DNA from: Methanobacteriota archaeon
GTDB lineage: Archaea > Halobacteriota > Bog-38 > Methanoflorentales > Methanoflorentaceae
Direction: 5' to 3'
Assembly: GCA_963720465.1 (NCBI GenBank)
Contig: OY970393.1
Location: 2,240,001-2,304,000, forward strand
DNA length: 64,000 nt
The position numbers and the translations under genes are program-made. The notes beneath the pieces are model-generated. The model searched no databases. It had not been told where the DNA came from and worked only from the letters and a program-made list of their open reading frames with translations. Below, one piece after another: positions 31,398 through 40,913 of this stretch (position 1 is the first letter of the stretch; every line of letters begins with the position of its first letter).

Positions 31398-32186
31398 ATG
31401 CCAGACGGACGAATGGCTTTTTTGGGTGACATCTATTCGATCTGGCTCCGGGAGATGACCCGGTACGTAAGAGCCCGGTCGCGGGTCGTTACCTCGCTTA
31501 TAACTCCCCTGCTGTGGCTCATCATATTCGGGACCGGATTTAGCTCCGCCTTGTCGTTCCCTGGAGCAAGCGGCACGACGAATTACATAAACTTCCTCGC
31601 GCCTGGGATCCTCGGCATGATAGTGCTCTTCACCTCGATATTCTCAGGGATGAGCGTGATGTTCGACAAAGAATTCGGTTTTCTGAAAGAAATTCTCGTC
31701 GCCCCCGTTTCGCGGACGTCTATCGTCATCGGAAAGGCTCTCGGGGGAACGACGCAAGCGTCAATACAGGCCCTGCTGATACTCGCCCTTTCCACGTTCA
31801 TCGGGGTGAAAATATCGAGCACGCTCGGACTCGCAGGCGCCATCGCGCTCATACTCGTGTGCATATTCTTTCTCGGCATGGGTTTTGTCGGGTTTGGAAT
31901 TAGCATCGCCTCTCGGCTCGAGAATATCGAGGGCTTTCAAGTCGTCGCTAACCTTCTCGTGCTGCCCATCTTCTTCCTGAGCGGCGCATTCTTCCCGGTC
32001 ACGTCGCTTCCGAACTGGATGAAGGCACTTGTGGACGTCAATCCGCTTGCTTATGGCGTCGACGCGTTGCGGTATGCTGTCACCGGACTGCACTCGTACG
32101 CCCTGACGACTGATCTCGCGGTCATCATCGGATTCTTCGTGCTGATGACGGTTGTCGGTTCGATCTTGTTTAGAAACGTGCGTTGA
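31398..32186 (+). CDS. ABC-2 exporter permease (DrrB-like)
   Basis: FLAPG, DKEFGFLKEILVAP, FLSGAFFP and NPLAYGVD motifs. Confidence 0.93.
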   Translation: MPDGRMAFLGDIYSIWLREMTRYVRARSRVVTSLITPLLWLIIFGTGFSSALSFPGASGTTNYINFLAPGILGMIVLFTSIFSGMSVMFDKEFGFLKEILVAPVSRTSIVIGKALGGTTQASIQALLILALSTFIGVKISSTLGLAGAIALILVCIFFLGMGFVGFGISIASRLENIEGFQVVANLLVLPIFFLSGAFFPVTSLPNWMKALVDVNPLAYGVDALRYAVTGLHSYALTTDLAVIIGFFVLMTVVGSILFRNVR

Positions 32187-32448
32187 GTCTTGAGCCCGTC
32201 GGCCGGAGTCAAAAAAAAGAGAAGTGCGCGACTGGCAGCGGTAGTTTGACGTGATACGGTGCTCAAACGAATTTTGCCGGATCTCTGTCGAACATCGCCT
32301 TGCAGCCAGGAGCGCAAAAAAAGTACTTCTTCCCCTTGTATTCGCTGACGTACTTCGCCGTCGTTTCATCGACTTCCATGTTGCAAACGGGATCTTTTGT
32401 CATTTTTCCCTCTAAGCACCTTGTGTTGCTAATGCTTAATACACTAAC

Positions 32449-33168
32449 TCAGTCGACGGCGCGTGACGATTTGCAGCTCCACAAAAAATCGAACAGCTCC
32501 ACGAGCAGTCGGTAGGTCACGTCAGCTGCGGGGACGAGAAATCCGCACGACATATCCGGGTCGTAGCGTTCTCGAGCGGTCACTCGCGGGAAAAAAAGGA
32601 GACCGCGAAGCTCGTTGACGAGGAGTATCATGCTGAAGCTATCGACGTACCGGATATTGGGGCTTTCTGTTCCGGCCGCGCTCTTCAGAAGTACTTTGAC
32701 TTCGGACGCGTTGAGTCCAGTCTGGTCAACGGCGTAATTCAAGACCCACAGAAACCGTTTCGCTTCACGCACGATCTCGGCTGCAGCCGCGTGCAGCTGC
32801 TTACCGTCCTGGAGCAGCGACTCGCTGAGGTCTGCCGGCAAACGCTTGAGATGCGCGGGAAGCTCGGCCGCGCTGTGGAGCTCCCAGTACTCCAATAGGT
32901 CGTGAACGTCGCTTATCCCTTCAATGAAGGTTACCAGCACCCTTCCGTATTCCGATATCACGTAGTCCCCGTTGGGGAGCTGAGAAATAAGTCCCACGTC
33001 CTCCAAGCGGCGAAGATGTCGCACAGCTTCGTGCACGAGCAAGCCGAACCGCCGGCAAATGTCGATCACAGACGTTCGTTCGTCCAGCTGGTTCAGGATG
33101 TCAAGCCGGCTGACGTCTGAAAGTGACAAGAAAAGCCTCGTCAGTTCATAGGAACTCCGTATGGGCAT
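32449..33168 (-). CDS. ArsR-type HTH transcriptional regulator (archaeal HTH plus sensor domain)
   Basis: SRLDIL...RHLRRLEDVGLI...YVISEYG pattern. Confidence 0.75.
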   Translation of the reverse strand: MPIRSSYELTRLFLSLSDVSRLDILNQLDERTSVIDICRRFGLLVHEAVRHLRRLEDVGLISQLPNGDYVISEYGRVLVTFIEGISDVHDLLEYWELHSAAELPAHLKRLPADLSESLLQDGKQLHAAAAEIVREAKRFLWVLNYAVDQTGLNASEVKVLLKSAAGTESPNIRYVDSFSMILLVNELRGLLFFPRVTARERYDPDMSCGFLVPAADVTYRLLVELFDFLWSCKSSRAVD

Positions 33169-33251
33169 AGTTTCTCCGTTTAGCGTTTTGCTGCCGGCGC
33201 GTGCATGCGTACGGTAAGAAACGTATAAATAACATTCCCTTTTAGGGTTTA

Positions 33252-34343
33252 GTGCGGAGGCTGGCCTTGAAAGAGCTTTGTGAGGACGTCAAGCGCGAAT
33301 TGTCACAAATCTTAGCAGCACTCGATCCGCGAGAGACGCGGAAGCTGCACGTCGTGTGCACACCTAGCTTCTATTTGGATCACTTCGTGCAGGTCGACGA
33401 TCTGAGCACGTTTTGCAGCGCGATTCAGGCGAAGTACGTCGGCGGCGGTGGCAACCTTCCTGGCTTCGTCCAGAACGTGCTGTCGGGCGGCGGTGCGGCG
33501 AATACTGCAATCGCGCTGTCGCGACTCGGGGTGAGCTCCCATTTCATCGGCCGGACGAGCGAGCTTGGACGTCACGTTTTGAAGTTCTTCGCCGAAAATA
33601 GCGGGGTTGACATCGCCCACGTGAAGACCGACGGCAGATTGGGACAGACCCTCGCTCTCGAGATTGGAGAGCGACGGATCAACGTCATGCTCAACGACGT
33701 CGGCTCGAACTATGACTTTGCGTTCGACAGCTTGCGCGATACCGATCTCGAACTCATCGAAAACAGTCAGCTCGTGACCGTCCACGATTGGGGGACTAAC
33801 GTCGTGGGAGGCACCGATCTTGCCGTGAAGACGTTCGCCTACGCGAAGCAATACAACGTGAAGACGTACTTTGACTCGGCAGACCCGGGTCCCCGCGTGC
33901 ACGACCTCACCGAACTCTATGAAAGCGTGATCGCGAGCACAAACCTTGATATCACGAGCCTCAATCAAAATGAGCTTGAGAAGCACACGGGTGAGGCCAC
34001 CCTTGAGCGCGCGATCGCATTCAAGCGCCGAGTTGGCTCACGCGTTGATTATCACACCCCCTGGTATGCGGCGTCAATCGACGATAGCGTGACGGTATTC
34101 CCCGTGTATGACGTGAAACTGCTTCGATCCACGGGCGCCGGCGATGCTTGGAACTCAGGCAATATCTTTGGTGAGCTTCTTGCTCTGGCCCCCGCACTGC
34201 GCCTGTGCCTTGCGAACGCAGTGGCGGGCTACTATGTATCAAGCAGACACGGGGCTCATCCGACCATCGATGATCTGGTAGCGTTCGTCACGACTGAGAA
34301 ACTGCGCACGTTGCCGACGGAAGTTGCGAGCGTCGTAAAATAG
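33252..34343 (+). CDS. PfkB family carbohydrate kinase
   Basis: GGGAANTAIALSRLG and STGAGDAW motifs. Confidence 0.88.
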   Translation: MRRLALKELCEDVKRELSQILAALDPRETRKLHVVCTPSFYLDHFVQVDDLSTFCSAIQAKYVGGGGNLPGFVQNVLSGGGAANTAIALSRLGVSSHFIGRTSELGRHVLKFFAENSGVDIAHVKTDGRLGQTLALEIGERRINVMLNDVGSNYDFAFDSLRDTDLELIENSQLVTVHDWGTNVVGGTDLAVKTFAYAKQYNVKTYFDSADPGPRVHDLTELYESVIASTNLDITSLNQNELEKHTGEATLERAIAFKRRVGSRVDYHTPWYAASIDDSVTVFPVYDVKLLRSTGAGDAWNSGNIFGELLALAPALRLCLANAVAGYYVSSRHGAHPTIDDLVAFVTTEKLRTLPTEVASVVK

Positions 34344-34423
34344 GCAATGCGTGCACAAATTCTGGGCAGTGTAATTAGTGGTGAAAAGCGGATATCGCCT
34401 AAGGCACACGAGCGGTACGACGG

Positions 34424-35965
34424 CTATTCGTCTCGCTCCACGCCAATTTTCGAATAGATCCTGCGCGTTACGACCTCTTCGACGAGCTGAAGCAGCGTCG
34501 TTCGGTCCCGGACGCCGGTGAACACACCGAGGGGGATCTGCGCGGCAGCGGCGTTTGAATGGCCGCCCGCAGAGCCGATGTCGCCGAATGCTTCGCTCAT
34601 GACGGCGCCGATGTTGACGCGGATGTCCTTGCTCCGCGCTGATATGTGAATCTTTTCTTCGTTGAGTCCGAAGACGGCTACTGCAGTTACCCCTTCAAGG
34701 TTGAGCACGTAGTCGGCCGCCTGTGCGAGCGCGTCTACATTGTGCATGTACCCAACGGACGAGACAAGGTAGCTTCCGGTGATGTGCTTGTTGTGAATGG
34801 CCTCGCCGATTATGTCAAGCGTTTCCATTGACATCGTCGGTGATTCAATTTGATTGAGAATATCTCTGTCGGAGAGCTGCATGAGCTCCATTGCGGCGGC
34901 TAGATCTGCGGGGGTCACGTGCACTTTGTAGTCCTGGGTGTCGATGCGTATGCCGTAAAGCAAAGCCGTCGCGAGCCGCTTGTCTATGTCAATGTCAAGC
35001 TCTTCGAGGTAGTTCGTCAAAATCGTCGCCGTTGCCCCTACGTCCCTGATATCGGTGTACAGGACGCGGTGCTCAGGAACCCCGTGATGGTCGATGATGA
35101 TTCCGACTTTGTCTAGGCTTGTCAGCGGGTTATTCGCCCCAGGCGTCCCCGTATCGACCAAAGCGAGCATATCGTAATCGTTCGGATCAACCTCGTCGAC
35201 GTGGATCAAGTCTATGTTGAGCAGGTTTACAAAGGCTCTGTTTTCCTGTCTGCTGATCTCTCCGTGGTAGATTATCGAGGTTTCCGTGTTGACGCTCGCG
35301 GCGATCTGTTTGAGCGCGAGCGCGCTTGCGATCGAGTCGGGATCGGGGTTATCGTGGACCATTATGCCGAGCTTCTTTATGCCCTTGAGAATTTCGTGAA
35401 GTCGATTCGCGGACCGCTGCGATTCTGCCTTCTGGAGGTCGTGCAATGTGGCGCTCGCGATAAGCGCTGACGGGTAGACGACTGCGTCGGCCCCCAACTC
35501 TTCGAGCTTATCTTTGCTGAGCGGGTCGGCTGCTCGGACGATCACGAAAACGTCTGGCTTCCTCTCCTTGATCACGCTCAGCGCTTTGGTGTTCGCGTTG
35601 ACGTCAGAGCTGAGAATCATAACGATTTCGAGTTCAGGCGTGAGCAGCTGAGTGATGACCTCCTCCTTTGTGATGTCACCGACGTGCGCGTCAAAATTCT
35701 GGTCACGCAGCGTCTCGACCCGTTTCGCGTTCTTCTCGATGATGGTAAACATCCTGCCGCGTTGAGTGAGTTCCTTGGCTACGAGAAAGCCGACACTGCC
35801 TGAGCCGAGTATTGCGTACGTTATCCGTTCGTCAATTTTGAGGGGTATGCCTTGCTCGAAGGTTGTCGAATTATAAGCCGAAATAAGCCACCACCTGCTT
35901 TCGCTGGATTGAAGCCTCAAATGTAGTTTGGGTAAGCTATATATGTAGAAGGGGTATAAGAGCAT
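34424..35965 (-). CDS. TrkA-N (RCK) domain / DHH-DHHA1 phosphoesterase fusion (true start downstream of the ORF start)
   Basis: GSGSVG, HDNPDPDS, IDHH, SARS and SAGGH motifs. Confidence 0.9.
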   Translation of the reverse strand: MLLYPFYIYSLPKLHLRLQSSESRWWLISAYNSTTFEQGIPLKIDERITYAILGSGSVGFLVAKELTQRGRMFTIIEKNAKRVETLRDQNFDAHVGDITKEEVITQLLTPELEIVMILSSDVNANTKALSVIKERKPDVFVIVRAADPLSKDKLEELGADAVVYPSALIASATLHDLQKAESQRSANRLHEILKGIKKLGIMVHDNPDPDSIASALALKQIAASVNTETSIIYHGEISRQENRAFVNLLNIDLIHVDEVDPNDYDMLALVDTGTPGANNPLTSLDKVGIIIDHHGVPEHRVLYTDIRDVGATATILTNYLEELDIDIDKRLATALLYGIRIDTQDYKVHVTPADLAAAMELMQLSDRDILNQIESPTMSMETLDIIGEAIHNKHITGSYLVSSVGYMHNVDALAQAADYVLNLEGVTAVAVFGLNEEKIHISARSKDIRVNIGAVMSEAFGDIGSAGGHSNAAAAQIPLGVFTGVRDRTTLLQLVEEVVTRRIYSKIGVERDE

Positions 35966-35971
35966 ATGCCA

Positions 35972-36078
35972 GGGCCGGTAGCTTAGTCAGGCAGAGCGTT
36001 GGGCTCTTACGGTATTTATGCTGTGACCTGTTGACCAGAGATACCCAAAGGTCGAGGGTTCGATTCCCTCCCGGCCCG
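35972..36078 (+). tRNA. tRNA-Lys(CTT) with canonical-position intron
   Basis: GGGCCGG/CCGGCCC acceptor stem; TTGGG-CT-CTT-A[intron]A-CCCAA; GGTTCGATTCC T-arm. Confidence 0.9.
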
Positions 36079-36087
36079 CGTATTTGT

Positions 36088-36255
36088 GGGGCTGTGGCCT
36101 AGTCAGGAATGGCGACGGGCTCCAGCGGTAAAAGTTCTCGATATGATGAGCAACGGGTCAACTGATGACTCGGGGACGCTTGAGTCAGGTGATGTCCCGT
36201 TGGAGCACTGATCGGAGAGACCCGTCGATCGGGAGTTCAAATCTCTCCAGCCCCA
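36088..36255 (+). tRNA. tRNA-Trp(CCA) with a long intron carrying a box C/D guide RNA
   Basis: GGGGCTG/CAGCCCC acceptor stem; ACGGG-CT-CCA anticodon arm; intron with ATGATGA, CTGA, GTGATGT and CTGA boxes. Confidence 0.92.
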
Positions 36256-36457
36256 TTTTTTGCGACACGTTGATTTAGCGCTCGGCGTCGGTGTACGTCG
36301 GCGGATTAAGCCTTTTGGTACTCGTAGCGTGTAGCTCCGTAGCTTCCGCTCGAGCGAGTTGTTTTTGAATTAAAGCTTCCCCCGTCGACGAATGTGCTCT
36401 CGTAAGCTATAACGTGACCAAAACGTTAAGTATGTATAAACCTTACTCTAGTCCGAG

Positions 36458-36562
36458 AGTCCCGTGGTGTAGTGGTCAATCATGCGGGCCTTTGGATTCA
36501 TGTGGTCTTGGGCCACTGATAGAAGAAAGCCCGCGACTGCGGTTCGAATCCGCACGGGACTA
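36458..36562 (+). tRNA. tRNA-Gln(TTG) with intron
   Basis: AGTCCCG/CGGGACT acceptor stem; CGGGC-CT-TTG-G[intron]A-GCCCG; GGTTCGAATCC T-arm. Confidence 0.9.
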
Positions 36563-36580
36563 TTCGCCGTTCGAGGCTGT

Positions 36581-36654
36581 GCCGAGGTGGGGTAGCTTGG
36601 TTATCCTATGGCCCTGTGGAGGCCACGACGCGGGTTCGAATCTCGCCCTCGGCC
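36581..36654 (+). tRNA. tRNA-His(GTG); integration target
   Basis: GCCGAGG/CCTCGGC acceptor stem, C73 discriminator, TGGCC-CT-GTG-GA-GGCCA anticodon arm. Confidence 0.93.
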
Positions 36655-37016
36655 TTTGATTTTCTCTTTTTATGCTCGTAAGGGAATTCTTTTGAAAAAA
36701 GAGCTTGTTTAAGTTGGCTGATCTCGAATTCAAGAGAAGATAAGCGAGATTCGACGCCATTTGGGCTATCCGGTTGTATAACTTTAGGCAAAAGTTGTAT
36801 AACTTTTGAATCGGGTTGCGCAATTTCAGACTCTGCATCCTCAGCCTCGTCGTCGAAAGTGACAAGAAGTGCCCGTCTGTCATGGTGCTGAATCTCAAAT
36901 ATCTTTGCAACCTTCCCAATTTCGTCTGCGCAGGTCTTTGGCAGCCTAATAAGCGGGTAAACGACGCCCGCTTTGGCATTCAACTTGGTGACCTTCGATT
37001 TTCCCAGATAATGCAC
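36606..37016 (-). CDS. Integrase N-terminal fragment (intN): AbrB-like segment plus coiled coil, running into att
   Basis: Ends ...KSKAEGEIRTRVVASTG across att, in frame with intC; GTG start at 37016 inferred. Confidence 0.8.
   Translation of the reverse strand: MHYLGKSKVTKLNAKAGVVYPLIRLPKTCADEIGKVAKIFEIQHHDRRALLVTFDDEAEDAESEIAQPDSKVIQLLPKVIQPDSPNGVESRLSSLEFEISQLKQALFSKEFPYEHKKRKSKAEGEIRTRVVASTGP
36611..36667 (+). repeat. att site (left copy of the 57-bp direct repeat)
   Basis: gccctgtggaggccacgacgcgggttcgaatctcgccctcggcctttgattttctct, identical to 58517-58573. Confidence 0.96.
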
Positions 37017-37153
37017 AACGATTCCCCGTTTCGATTTGCGATAACGAGATTTCATTCGGGCTAATAGAATAATAACCTGTCTGGAGGCGCGTACATCGGA
37101 TAAGTGAAATTGTGGCGTCACGCATCACACGGTTTTAGCTTTGCCTGAAAAGT

Positions 37154-37810
37154 TTAGGAGGGCGGTTTTTCAGCCCGGCCTTTTGAAGATAAGCGCATCC
37201 ACTTGTCAAGATCGATATTATACCATCGACTTTTATATGATCTCTTTGCGCCATCAGTATACTCGCATTTTACTTTGATGGCGCCACTGTACACAGAATC
37301 TTCGAGACGCAGGCCAGAAAGAGTTATGAGGTCTCGCAAGCCCCGATTTTTATCCGTTAACAGAAGCGCAAGTTCCTCAGCAGGTACCCACACATTACAA
37401 GTTTTTCCAGGTTCTATCGTATAAGGAAATGTGACATCGCTTTCATGAGGTATTCCTACTAATACAGGCACCTGTATGCCCCCCTCAGGTCGTAATAGAC
37501 GTATTTTCAGCAGCAGGATCAATAAATAACGTGGAAGGCTGAGCTTCAAGGCGTCACCTCGTGACTTTCCTGGCACTAAAATGTTAAGTCCATTGAGTGT
37601 GGTAGGAACGTTTCCGATATTAGTGGCTGTTAAAACATAGCATGGGGATCCGGCGAATCTTCCCGCAGGAAAGCCGAAATCAAAGAACACGCGGATTTTC
37701 GGTTTATTCTTGAAGAAGAAGTTATAACTTGAAAGGATCGTCGAGTATGCGAGAAAAAAAAGCGCGATAGCTTGTAACAAAAGATTTAGTGGTATATCAA
37801 GCAAGACCAT
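37154..37810 (-). CDS. Hypothetical membrane-anchored protein
   Basis: 218 aa ORF with an N-terminal hydrophobic helix. Confidence 0.6.
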   Translation of the reverse strand: MVLLDIPLNLLLQAIALFFLAYSTILSSYNFFFKNKPKIRVFFDFGFPAGRFAGSPCYVLTATNIGNVPTTLNGLNILVPGKSRGDALKLSLPRYLLILLLKIRLLRPEGGIQVPVLVGIPHESDVTFPYTIEPGKTCNVWVPAEELALLLTDKNRGLRDLITLSGLRLEDSVYSGAIKVKCEYTDGAKRSYKSRWYNIDLDKWMRLSSKGRAEKPPS

Positions 37811-37971
37811 CGAGCAATACGTGCCTTACTATCATATAAAAAAGGATATCAACGCTGCTCCTTGTGTACGTGGTAATATACGGGGCGGCCTGCAGCTACT
37901 GCCTTGCGAGAGCTGAACGGCCTGACGGGTCGTACCTGCGAACGTTTGCGCTTGATTTAAAGAACATAGCT

Positions 37972-39333
37972 TCATTTTGGCGTTAGCTTTTGCGATTCAA
38001 TCCACGTCAGCAAGTTCTGTTTTTTCTTAAATTCGTCAATGCGTTTAATTAGAACTGCTAATAGGCCCCGAGCGATGAGGCGAAGATCATCGAGGAGTGA
38101 TTTCTCCTGCTTGCTTGTGATACTTCCCCCTCTATGAACAATCTTGCTTCTTATGTCATAAATCTCCAAGACTCTCGCTTTTAGCTGTAGCCGTTGTTCT
38201 AGCTCATCTTCCAAAAGGATCGCACACCCCTCGGCGATTGAAGCTCTGATCGAACTACCGTCGCCCGGCGTCAGGCAGTTTTCCAAGCACGTGACTAAAT
38301 TAACGAATTCAATCTCTGGTGTGTCTTGCCTTTGGGATGCAGCAAACCAGCGAATGCCAGCGAGAACTGTTTTTTGAAATGGCGTTGGTCGGCCAGTCTC
38401 TATTATTGCGGATACATTGAAAATGCCAAGAGCATTCATGGCCTTGATATCATCTTTGGTAAACTCAACGGGCATGTACGCCCCCGTGCGCCGGTTTGCT
38501 AAGTAAAAGGAATCATTAGTGGGTGAAAGAAGAACCGTCGTGCGATGACCTCCGGCCATCTCGCCCTGCAGCCGAACAGCCCCTTTGTAGTCTCTTGAAT
38601 GTATGAAAGATATGAAGTAGCTTAGCAGGTCAAGAATTTCCTGCGTCTGTTCCTCCGCTATTTCTATCGCTCTTTTCGATTCGGCCGTTATATGATATAT
38701 AGCGCAAACGGTGTCTTTAAGGGTCTCGATGCGCCCCCGCACAAATTCGTCACGGCCGATTTCACTTTTATCGCCCTGCGCACTTCTATTCACGAAGATC
38801 GTATTGATCTTTTCAAACAAGGCGCTCATTTGTGCGTTATTCATGTATTTTAAGCAAGTACGGCCGATTTTTAGCGAATTTCCACTTATGCTTGAAATGC
38901 CGGCGAGAGGGAGATATACTATCCACTCTGTTGACGCTTGCCGATCGAGATCAGCAACCAAGCCGCGCACCAGCTCGCGAACGTATTCAGCATCGGCTTC
39001 ACTGAGTGCTTTGGGCAAAGTACCAAAACCCTCACCTTCGACGATCTTCGAAAGTGGTTTTCCATATACCTCATTCATCTGATTTTCAACGTACTTGAGC
39101 GAGAGGCGATTCCACGGTTTCATTTGCAGAACATAATCAGCCAGTTGTTCGTGCCTCTTGTCTCCATCTTTATCCAAGCCAAAAAAATGCTGCCCGTCTT
39201 CCGTTGAAAACCACGTTTTTCCAGTTTTAAGAGCGTATTCAAAATCTTGGGTGTGTTCTGAATCTAAAACAACATTCAAAAAATCAACAACCTTTCTTGT
39301 TATCAATTCAGTCTTATCTACGTCTCGAGACAT
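37972..39333 (-). CDS. ApeA-like/MAE_28990-type HEPN domain protein (putative defence RNase)
   Basis: C-terminal 'IRWF...FVNLVTCLE...YDIRSKIVH' with the RxxxxH motif. Confidence 0.78.
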   Translation of the reverse strand: MSRDVDKTELITRKVVDFLNVVLDSEHTQDFEYALKTGKTWFSTEDGQHFFGLDKDGDKRHEQLADYVLQMKPWNRLSLKYVENQMNEVYGKPLSKIVEGEGFGTLPKALSEADAEYVRELVRGLVADLDRQASTEWIVYLPLAGISSISGNSLKIGRTCLKYMNNAQMSALFEKINTIFVNRSAQGDKSEIGRDEFVRGRIETLKDTVCAIYHITAESKRAIEIAEEQTQEILDLLSYFISFIHSRDYKGAVRLQGEMAGGHRTTVLLSPTNDSFYLANRRTGAYMPVEFTKDDIKAMNALGIFNVSAIIETGRPTPFQKTVLAGIRWFAASQRQDTPEIEFVNLVTCLENCLTPGDGSSIRASIAEGCAILLEDELEQRLQLKARVLEIYDIRSKIVHRGGSITSKQEKSLLDDLRLIARGLLAVLIKRIDEFKKKQNLLTWIESQKLTPK

Positions 39334-40244
39334 TTCTCACTCCTCAGTTCTTAAAAAAACTGATTAAACACTAAACCATTGATGAAGTGGCTTCAGTGTT
39401 TCGTTTAGCAGCTTTTTTGCGGCCTCAATGTGCGAGACGAGACGTTGTGAGGTTGCAATGCCTCGAAGTGGAGGGCTCTGAAAAAGGTTGAGGTAGAAGG
39501 CGCTCACGATTGCTCATACGCCCAGCCATATTCGCGCTGCTGGAGCAATCGCACCTGTATTCTTTTAATAATCCGTCGCAACTGCTGACGCGCACTGTCG
39601 GGTAGCCAAACATCATTCACACGGTCTCGCAGATATTGATACGCTTCCCAACTGGTCGAGCACTACCTCAAAAGTTTTTCGGCAGCCATATCGGCATAGT
39701 CGTTTTTGTAGTCTGCGATTTCAAGGATGAGTTCGTCGACTTCGAGGCGATCGTTGTGCATAGTATAGTAAAATGAAAGTGTTTTCCTGAATAATGGTTG
39801 ACGAAGAGCGGTGCGGAAGTGGTCTTGGCGGTTCCATAATCTCAAACATCTTCACCGATCAAACACCCAACCCACAACAAACGTGCCCCGTGGCAATAAC
39901 CTTGCTGTGAATCGTTGGGATAACGCGATTGATATGCAGCGGGCTTCTCTACGTGCTCTAATCGCTACAATAGGTATGTCTCCTCCACCCCTCAGACTGA
40001 ATCGACGTTCGATGAGATAACGAAAGCGCAGCTTAGCTATCGTTGCGCCAGATCGTTGAAGTATCCAGCAAGTGATGTTCACGAAGCAGACTTCGTCGAG
40101 TCACCTTATCATGTAGGTTCTGAAACACTTCGGGATGATGCGTATGCACTGGAATCAGCGTTTTGGCTGCACTGCTTGAATCACGTCTCTTCTCACCGTA
40201 GTTCAGGTGAGTTCTAGCAGAACATAATTTGGCGCGTTTTTTTT

Positions 40245-40703
40245 TTAGCTGCAAGCATCATTACTTGTGGCTTTCTGGCCAACTTCCCATTCCTGTAATT
40301 GCTTTTCTAAGCGCTCGATTTCGACAGTAACATTCTTAAGGGATCTGAAGATTGCATTGATCTTATCCGTTCTCTGTTTTACAAGTGAATCGACAAATTC
40401 GCGGCGTGATTCTCCAGCCAACCGTCTTATTTCTTCTTCAACTTTTCCGCATTCTCGGTCATATTCCGTAAGACGTTTTTCAGCACGACTGATAGCACCC
40501 GCAGCGTCGCCCAAAGCCCGATCAATAGTGCTAGCAGCGTGGTCTAAAGTATCAGCGTTAACTTGTTGATTCAAGAGGCTGGCTACTCCGTCTATGCTCT
40601 CCATAACTTCTTTTTCTACTTTGTAGGATTCGCTCCGCATGAGATCCGTATAACGACCAAGCCAGTAGTTCAAACGCTCCCCTTCGCGTGCAGGATCCCT
40701 CAT
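40245..40703 (-). CDS. Hypothetical coiled-coil protein
   Basis: 152 aa ATG-started ORF with heptad pattern. Confidence 0.55.
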   Translation of the reverse strand: MRDPAREGERLNYWLGRYTDLMRSESYKVEKEVMESIDGVASLLNQQVNADTLDHAASTIDRALGDAAGAISRAEKRLTEYDRECGKVEEEIRRLAGESRREFVDSLVKQRTDKINAIFRSLKNVTVEIERLEKQLQEWEVGQKATSNDACS

Positions 40704-40837
40704 TTTTCGTTCTCCGTCTTCTCCAAACTAACGTTTGATAAGAACCGCAATAACCTTTGATCAGATGAATAACTGTCGAGAGGAGTCAGAATGCTGACTG
40801 AATCAGAATACCAAGTACCAGCGTTTGAGATTGGCAG

Positions 40838-40891
40838 CGACGTCTTGTAAGTCTTGCCACAGATCGACGTCTTGTAAGTCTTGCCACAGAT
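40838..40891. repeat. Perfect 27-bp tandem duplication
   Basis: cgacgtcttgtaagtcttgccacagat x2. Confidence 0.95.
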
Positions 40892-40913
40892 TTTATTCAT
40901 TTTGGCAGCATTA

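Noticed and set aside
33312-33986. 224-aa antisense ORF and similar long shadow ORFs (e.g. 31761-32369, 27576-28142)
   Set aside because: They overlap well-supported genes on the opposite strand and show no recognisable motifs.
36560-36979. Alternative-frame ORF ending ...RARFEPASWPPQG across tRNA-His as the intN
   Set aside because: Not in frame with intC and looks like a shadow ORF; the 36606-37121 frame matches intC.
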